Assembly: GCF_900095195.1 (NCBI RefSeq)
Contig: NZ_LT606950.1
Location: 1,131,946-1,163,945 of the forward strand
Length of the DNA: 32,000 nucleotides
Direction: 5' to 3'
DNA from: Polynucleobacter necessarius
GTDB lineage: Bacteria > Pseudomonadota > Gammaproteobacteria > Burkholderiales > Burkholderiaceae
In this document: piece after piece, positions 26,681 through 32,000 of the stretch
Position numbering within the stretch: position 1 is the stretch's first letter
Layout of the letters: each line of letters opens with the position of its first letter
Notes under the pieces: generated by a model
Databases searched by the model: none
The model's input: only the letters and a program-made list of their open reading frames with translations
Told to the model about the DNA's origin: nothing
Position numbers and translations under genes: made by a program

Positions 26681-28621
26681 TTAAGAGAATTTGAGTTTTT
26701 CGCCCAGTTCCCGATAGCGGGCTTTGTCTTGCTCAGTTACCGTGCTGCCCCCAATCTTTTGAGCAATTTCCGTCATTTCCTGTTTCAAGTTGGCAATCTC
26801 CAGCTTTTTAAATGCACCCTCTAGATCAGCCATTGCCACATCAAGATCCAGATCGGATCCCAAAATACGCTTTCGCAATACTTCATACATTGAAGCAAGA
26901 TCACTGCGAGACAGTTGATCCTGGAATAACGCAAAAGCGCCAGCACCTACCGTTTCGGAATTGCTGTTGGCATCAGCAGACAATTCCACCTGATCACATT
27001 GCGCAAGCAAATCTTTCATCAAGGTAAGCGCATTAGCTGATCTCTGCTCTGCTGCCTTGAGCGCTAGGTTACGACGATGGCTGTCGAGCGCTTTACCTAA
27101 ATGTGGAAACTGGATGAGCACTCGTAATAATTGTTCTGCTAAATCCATTGGCGCTTTTGGAGGCTCAATGTTTTGAGTTGCAACACGTTTGGCGGCCTGC
27201 CATGGCGCACCTTGTCTGTTACTAGTGTTGGCATGCGCTGTCTGTGCATTCATACCACTTTGCGATTTGACGGCTTTTGCTTGATAAGCCGCTTGAGGCG
27301 CAGGCACAACGGTTAAACCGCAAAATGCCTCAAGCTCTGCTGGTGTAGTGTTTGTGCGAATAGCGAGTTCACGAAGTATCTGGGTGCGTAGGGCAATCGG
27401 CGGCATCGACAGCAATAACGGCTTTGCGGCGTGATGGGTGTGGGCCCTGCCTTCTGGGGTGGTGAGGTCATGTCTATCGCTAGCCACTTTGAAGAAAAAA
27501 CTCGAGATCGACATAGCCTCTTGAATAACTTTTTCAAAGGCTGTCTCGCCATACGCTCTGACATAACTATCGGGATCGTGTTCGGCAGGTAGGAATAAGA
27601 ACCGAATTTCTTTATCGTCTGACATGAGCGGTAAGCATGCTTCAAGCGTACGTTGCGCAGCGCGCTGTCCCGCAGAGTCGCCATCAAATGAAAAAACGAC
27701 CTTATCGGTTTGGCGCAAGAGCATGCGTACGTGGTTCGCAGTGCAAGCGGTGCCCAAAGTTGCTACTGCGTTTGGGAATCCCAATTGCGCCAGTGCAACC
27801 ACATCCATGTAGCCCTCACAAACTAAGACATACTCTTTTGCACGAATCGCTTGGCGTGCCTCAAACAAACCGTAGAGAGTATTGCCTTTTGAAAAAAGCG
27901 GAGTCTCTGGAGAATTCAGATACTTTGGCTCACCTTGGTCTAAGATGCGACCCCCGAAGCCAATCGTTTGTCCCTTTGGATTACAAATCGGGAACATAAT
28001 GCGATCTCGGAAACGGTCATAACGTTTCGCAGGAGCACCTTCAGCCTGCTCACCCTGAATCACCAGACCGCCTTCCACTAAGGCTTTCACCGCTTCGTCA
28101 TTGGTATATGGCCCAAATACGGCCTCTAGACCCTGCCAGCCATCGGGGGCGTAACCAAGCGCGTAGCGTTTCGCAATCTCGCCAGTAAGGCCGCGCCCCT
28201 TTAAGTAACCAATTGCGCGCAGACTGTTTTTCAGTTGTTGGCGATACCAATCAGCTGCAGAACTCATCACTTCACTCAAAGCCATCGTCTGCTGTTTCTT
28301 GGCAATGTCATTAGCATTGCGCTCTTCACGCGGCACATCTAAACCAGCAGACTGCGCTAGCTCCTCAATTGCATCAACATAACCCAACCCGGAATATTCC
28401 ATCAAAAAACTGATAGCCGATCCATGCGCGCCACATCCAAAGCAGTGATAGAACTGCTTGGTTGGCGAAACTGAAAATGACGGGGATTTTTCAGAATGAA
28501 AAGGGCACAAACCTTGATAGTTTGCACCTGCTTTTTTTAACTTTACGTGTTGCCCAACCACATCAACGATGTCAACCCGATTTAACAGATCGGCGATAAA
28601 GGATTGTGGGATGAGCGCCAT
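26681..28621 (-). CDS. dnaG: DNA primase
   Basis: Intact 646-aa ORF. It has the zinc-ribbon CPFHSEKSPSFSVSPTKQFYHCFGCGAHG, TOPRIM motifs (VLVCEGYMDV; FDGDSAGQRAA) and a C-terminal DnaB-interaction-type helical domain. Confidence 0.93.
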   Translation of the reverse strand: MALIPQSFIADLLNRVDIVDVVGQHVKLKKAGANYQGLCPFHSEKSPSFSVSPTKQFYHCFGCGAHGSAISFLMEYSGLGYVDAIEELAQSAGLDVPREERNANDIAKKQQTMALSEVMSSAADWYRQQLKNSLRAIGYLKGRGLTGEIAKRYALGYAPDGWQGLEAVFGPYTNDEAVKALVEGGLVIQGEQAEGAPAKRYDRFRDRIMFPICNPKGQTIGFGGRILDQGEPKYLNSPETPLFSKGNTLYGLFEARQAIRAKEYVLVCEGYMDVVALAQLGFPNAVATLGTACTANHVRMLLRQTDKVVFSFDGDSAGQRAAQRTLEACLPLMSDDKEIRFLFLPAEHDPDSYVRAYGETAFEKVIQEAMSISSFFFKVASDRHDLTTPEGRAHTHHAAKPLLLSMPPIALRTQILRELAIRTNTTPAELEAFCGLTVVPAPQAAYQAKAVKSQSGMNAQTAHANTSNRQGAPWQAAKRVATQNIEPPKAPMDLAEQLLRVLIQFPHLGKALDSHRRNLALKAAEQRSANALTLMKDLLAQCDQVELSADANSNSETVGAGAFALFQDQLSRSDLASMYEVLRKRILGSDLDLDVAMADLEGAFKKLEIANLKQEMTEIAQKIGGSTVTEQDKARYRELGEKLKFS

Positions 28622-28648
28622 AAAGCTAAGAGTATGCGAGGAGTTCTC

Positions 28649-29095
28649 TTATTTTGCGAGGGCAGCTTTTACCAAGCCGGATACCTTACCCATATCCGCC
28701 TTACCAACCAACTGACCCTTGAGAACACCAATCACTTTACCCATGCCTTGTGGGCCAGCTGCGCCAGTGGATGTCACCGCAGCTGCTACGGCAGCTTGTA
28801 TTTCCGCATCTGACATTTGCGCCGGCATATACGCTTGCAAGATCACCATCTCGGCAGATTCCACAGCAACGAGATCATCGCGCCCAGCTTTTTTAAATTG
28901 GGAAATGGAATCTTTACGCTGCTTAATCATTTTTTCTATGGTGGAAATGATGGCAGCATCATCGATTACAATGCGATCATCCACTTCACGCTGTTTGATG
29001 GCAGCCAACAAAAGACGGATTGTGCCAAGTCGTGCAGTCTCTTTTGCACGCATAGCAGATTTCATATCTTCGGTAATTTGATCTTTCAGACTCAT
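28649..29095 (-). CDS. GatB/YqeY domain-containing protein
   Basis: 148-aa ORF reading MSLKDQITEDMKSAMRAKETARLGTIRLLLAAIKQREVD...GKVSGLVKAALAK. It is typical of the YqeY family and sits between rpsU and dnaG. Confidence 0.85.
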   Translation of the reverse strand: MSLKDQITEDMKSAMRAKETARLGTIRLLLAAIKQREVDDRIVIDDAAIISTIEKMIKQRKDSISQFKKAGRDDLVAVESAEMVILQAYMPAQMSDAEIQAAVAAAVTSTGAAGPQGMGKVIGVLKGQLVGKADMGKVSGLVKAALAK

Positions 29096-29137
29096 GGTGT
29101 GATCCTAGTTTTCTGATGTTGAATGTAGTCTAGCGAC

Positions 29138-29180
29138 TAAAAAGCAAAAACCCGCTGCGTATCACCGTCAGCGGGTTTCA
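29138..29180 (-). terminator. rho-independent terminator/attenuator between rpsU and yqeY-dnaG
   Basis: The minus strand reads AAACCCGCTG-ACGGTGATACG-CAGCGGGTTT followed by TTGCTTTTT. It lies 33 nt downstream of the rpsU stop. Confidence 0.65.
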
Positions 29181-29212
29181 AAGCTTCTTCGGTGAAGAGA
29201 GCTTTAAATTTT

Positions 29213-29425
29213 TTAGTAAAGCTTCTTTGGCAACATTTGGCTGCGGATACGCTTATAGTGGCGCTTAGCTGCAGCAGCCTTTTTGCGCTTACGCTCAGCC
29301 GTTGGCTTCTCGTAAAACTCGCGGGCACGCAAGTCTGTCAAAAGACCATTTTTCTCAATGGTGCGCTTGAAACGGCGCAAAGCCACTTCAAATGGTTCGT
29401 TTTCGCGGAGGCGGACTGTAGTCAT
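29213..29425 (-). CDS. rpsU: 30S ribosomal protein S21
   Basis: 70-aa ORF: [59 protein letters not shown].... This is a canonical S21. Confidence 0.95.
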   Translation of the reverse strand: MTTVRLRENEPFEVALRRFKRTIEKNGLLTDLRAREFYEKPTAERKRKKAAAAKRHYKRIRSQMLPKKLY

Positions 29426-29501
29426 ACTTATTTAACTCGTATATGCTCGATAGATATCGAAAAATTAACTGAATTGTAATTCTAGCACGACCAAGAAAAA
29501 A

Positions 29502-30575
29502 ATGATTGTCTTAGGCATAGAAACCTCCTGTGACGAAACTGGGGTGGCTTTATACAACACAGCCCCCTGGGAAGCAGGAAAACCGGCATTTCAGGGTATT
29601 TTGGGCCAAGGGCTGCACTCTCAGATCGCCATGCACCGGGATTATGGCGGGGTGGTGCCCGAACTCGCTTCCAGAGACCATATTCGTCGCGTTTTACCCC
29701 TTTTGGACCAGTCTTTAGCCCAATCTGGCCTGAAATTGGCCAATATTGACGCGGTTGCCTTCACACAAGGACCTGGCTTGGCTGGAGCCCTCTTAGTCGG
29801 CAGTGCGTTTGCCAAATCTTTAGCCCAGGGTCTCAATTTACCCTCCATTGGGGTGCACCACCTTGAGGGGCACCTGTTATCCCCCCTGTTGGGTCAAACT
29901 GCGCCCCAATTTCCCTTTATCGCCCCCCTTGTGTCTGGTGGTCATACTCAGCTCATGAAAGTATCTGGCATTGGCCAATATGAACTATTGGGCGAGAGTT
30001 TGGATGATGCGGCGGGAGAGGCATTTGATAAAACCGCCAAATTACTCGGGTTGGATTATCCCGGTGGTGCCGCAATTTCTAAATTAGCCGAGCAGGGTAG
30101 ATCGGGAGTATTTGATTTGCCAAGACCGATGCTTCATTCAGGCGATTTGGATTTTTCGTTTTCAGGATTGAAAACTGCGGTGCTGAATCAAGTAAAGAAA
30201 TTTGAAGGATTAAACATTTCCGATCCTCAAGCGGTTGCTCAATTTCATGCAGATCTAGCACGAAGTTTTGTCGATGCAATTATTGCCGTCTTAGTTAGTA
30301 AGTCAGAAAAAGCGCTGAAGCAAACTGGCTGCAAACATCTGGTGCTTGCGGGTGGCGTTGGCGCAAATACGCAATTGCGTACCGCACTAAACGCCAGCGC
30401 TTTGCACAATCGCTTTGAGGTTCATTACCCACCCCTAGATCTGTGCACAGACAATGGCGTGATGATTGCCTTTGCTGGAGCACTACGCTTGTTAGCTAAA
30501 AATAATGGCGCCACGACTTCTGGCGCCTTCGACATTAAACCCCGCTGGGATTTGCAAAGTAATAATCTGATTTAG
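29502..30575 (+). CDS. tsaD: tRNA N6-adenosine threonylcarbamoyltransferase TsaD
   Basis: 357-aa ORF: [18 protein letters not shown]...VPELASRDH...[12 protein letters not shown]...LVSGGHTQL...[21 protein letters not shown]. It is divergent from rpsU, as in E. coli. Confidence 0.93.
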   Translation: MIVLGIETSCDETGVALYNTAPWEAGKPAFQGILGQGLHSQIAMHRDYGGVVPELASRDHIRRVLPLLDQSLAQSGLKLANIDAVAFTQGPGLAGALLVGSAFAKSLAQGLNLPSIGVHHLEGHLLSPLLGQTAPQFPFIAPLVSGGHTQLMKVSGIGQYELLGESLDDAAGEAFDKTAKLLGLDYPGGAAISKLAEQGRSGVFDLPRPMLHSGDLDFSFSGLKTAVLNQVKKFEGLNISDPQAVAQFHADLARSFVDAIIAVLVSKSEKALKQTGCKHLVLAGGVGANTQLRTALNASALHNRFEVHYPPLDLCTDNGVMIAFAGALRLLAKNNGATTSGAFDIKPRWDLQSNNLI

Positions 30576-30589
30576 AGCTGATTAATGCC

Positions 30590-31414
30590 CTATTTTTGGT
30601 GGCTAATACGCGCAAATGCATGTGATTGCGAATAGATTCGAAGTTCTCCGCCTCGACCACAAAAACTGAATACGCTGATCTGCCTTGAGGTTGCCAGCGA
30701 CGTCACGGACTAAATCCTCTACAAACTTTGGATTACTGTAGGAGTGCTCGGTAACCCATTTCTCATCCGGCCGATTGAGTAAACCCCAGAGTTCGCTAGA
30801 AGCTTCGCTCTCTGCTGCGGCAACTAAATCTTCTACGGTCATTTGCGTTTTGGAATCTAACGTGACAGTCATGGTGACATGTGAGCGTTGGTTGTGAGCG
30901 CCAAACTCAGAAATCTCTTTTGAGCAAAGGCAAAGACTCATTACTGGCACTTGCGCTCGCAAACCCAACTCTACTTCGGCACCACCGGAAGCATTTTGTT
31001 TGACATGCGCCATCCAAGTTACTTCGTAATCCATCAAACTTTCCACGCCTGAAACAGGGGCTGCTTTTTAACGAAGTGGGTATAGGTGAATTGAACATGA
31101 CCTTCCTTAGCATCTAACAAAGGAAGCATTTCTTTTGCTAAGGCAACTACCGTGGCGCTATCAACCGCCTGATCTTGTTTTTGCAGGAGCGCCATGAAAC
31201 GTGACATGTGCGTGCCCTTCACATGTGCAGTCCACCTTGGATGAGCGCGCATTGCCTATTGAGCAAGTCGGTATTCGTGGTGTGCGTCATCCGTTAATTA
31301 TTCGTAGCGCAACCGGTAACTTTCCATCGGTCGGTACATTTGAGATGGATGTCGCCCTACCTGCACATCTGGCATAGCGCTTGCTTTGAGAAAGGCGGGG
31401 TTCATGTCATTCAT
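30590..31414 (-). pseudogene. folE2: GTP cyclohydrolase FolE2 (type IB), internal 130-bp inversion plus at least three frameshifts
   Basis: ATG 31414 gives MNDMNPAFLKASAMPDVQ. The next 43 codons are encoded on the opposite strand (31231-31360). The gene resumes with PAHVKGTHMSRFMALLQ...[10 protein letters not shown] frameshift at ~31060-31070 leads into [16 protein letters not shown]...[29 protein letters not shown]...[26 protein letters not shown]...DQRIQF. A frameshift at the A5/T5 run 30661-30665 leads into [11 protein letters not shown] further shift at ~30615-30630 leads into [11 protein letters not shown] and the stop at 30592-30590. Confidence 0.85.
31231..31360 (+). other. inverted segment of folE2 (codons ~19-61 now on the plus strand), flanked by the 8-bp inverted repeat ATGTGCAG (31223-31230) / CTGCACAT (31361-31368)
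   Basis: The plus-strand frame tcc acc ttg gat... translates as STLDERALPIEQVGIRGVRHPLIIRSATGNFPSVGTFEMDVAL. This is the conserved FolE2 N-terminal block expected between DVQ and PAHVKGTHMSRF of the minus-strand gene. Confidence 0.8.
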
Positions 31415-31439
31415 AGCTCTATTTTCAAGCAAAACGATC

Positions 31440-32000
31440 TTATTTGCCTGAAATTACCGAATTTGCCATCAATACTGCCGGAAAACGCTTCTTAATCGAG
31501 TTGGTAATACCTTCGACATCCAGGCCACACTTGGTCATTAGTAATTGATAGTCGCCATGTTCAATGAATTCATCTGGAAGACCTAACTGCAGTAATGGCT
31601 TATAAATGCCCAATGATGAGAAGGCTTCAAGACAGGCGCTTCCGGCGCCACCAGCAATTGCACCATCTTCAATCGTCACAAAATAATCGTGCGTTTCCGC
31701 CAATGATTTAATGAGATCAACATCCAGCGGTTTTACAAAACGCATATTTGCAACTGTCACATCCACTCCCTCAGCAGCTTCTAATGCAGCGTATAACAAA
31801 GTACCGAACGCTAGAATTGCGACACGCTGTCCAGCAGGCGCGTTCGACTTGCGACGAATTTCCCCTTTACCTAACGGTAAAGTGCGCAACTCTGTGGATG
31901 GGGTAGCGCCTACACCAGAGCCGCGCGGATAACGAACGGCCGTTGGATGCGGTTGGTGAAATGCAGTAGTCAATAAATCTCGGCATTCCGCCTCATCCGC
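31440..32000 (-). CDS. dxs: 1-deoxy-D-xylulose-5-phosphate synthase, C-terminal part (5' end beyond the right edge)
   Basis: The frame is open to base 32000: ...[29 protein letters not shown]...[10 protein letters not shown]...[10 protein letters not shown]...[17 protein letters not shown]...[20 protein letters not shown].... This is the typical Dxs transketolase C-terminal domain. The stop is at 31442-31440. Confidence 0.9.
   Translation of the reverse strand, partial: ADEAECRDLLTTAFHQPHPTAVRYPRGSGVGATPSTELRTLPLGKGEIRRKSNAPAGQRVAILAFGTLLYAALEAAEGVDVTVANMRFVKPLDVDLIKSLAETHDYFVTIEDGAIAGGAGSACLEAFSSLGIYKPLLQLGLPDEFIEHGDYQLLMTKCGLDVEGITNSIKKRFPAVLMANSVISGK

Noticed and set aside
1-32000. Mobile genetic elements (IS, integrase, prophage, integron) as the cause of the gene disruptions
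   Set aside because: No transposase-like or integrase-like ORF appears in any frame. I saw no terminal inverted repeats with target duplications at the junctions. The only inverted repeat found (the folE2 one) is native coding sequence.

Overview
This is a 32-kb chromosomal window, roughly 45% GC by eye, with Burkholderiales-like betaproteobacterial gene content. All family calls come from my own reading of the translations and remembered family motifs; no searches were run. I saw no rRNA, CRISPR array, transposase, integrase or phage genes.

Intact backbone:
- A complete, translationally coupled System I cytochrome c maturation operon, ccmABCDEFGHI (3639-10446, minus strand).
- ahpC, a VOC-family gene and a small exported protein.
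- The rpsU-yqeY-dnaG-rpoD cluster followed by a tRNA(CAU), with tsaD divergent from it.
- The 3' part of dxs.
- The 5' part of an AtuA-like (DUF1446) gene that the ORF track misses because it runs off the left edge.

At least 18 decayed genes are interleaved with these, about 14 kb by my coordinates. They are a Bug/TctC binding protein, a 2OG-Fe dioxygenase remnant, a TAXI receptor, a WrbA-like flavoprotein, an MBL-fold hydrolase, qor, an HDAC-family gene, a phasin, a lipoprotein, ahpF, a DUF3833 gene, a CHI-like gene, an SDR, an HMG-CoA lyase, an IlvD/Edd dehydratase, a Cry-DASH/photolyase, a Cho-like exonuclease-GIY-YIG nuclease and folE2. Their lesions are frameshifts, in-frame stops, terminal deletions that weld remnants into chimeric ORFs, and one inversion.

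The dominant signal is therefore recent genome erosion around a conserved housekeeping core. I associate this pattern with a recently host-restricted Polynucleobacter-type symbiont, but that assignment is inference.

Most notable single structures:
1. A 130-bp intragenic inversion in folE2, bounded by an exact 8-bp inverted repeat. Flipping it in silico restores the reading frame.
2. An intact ahpC next to a multiply destroyed ahpF.
3. A roughly 260-aa K/A/P-rich N-terminal extension on RpoD that contains 3.3 perfect 30-bp tandem repeats.
4. A chain of deletion junctions between 19.0 and 21.7 kb.

I found no convincing evidence of a novel multi-gene system (defence, secretion or biosynthetic) in this window.
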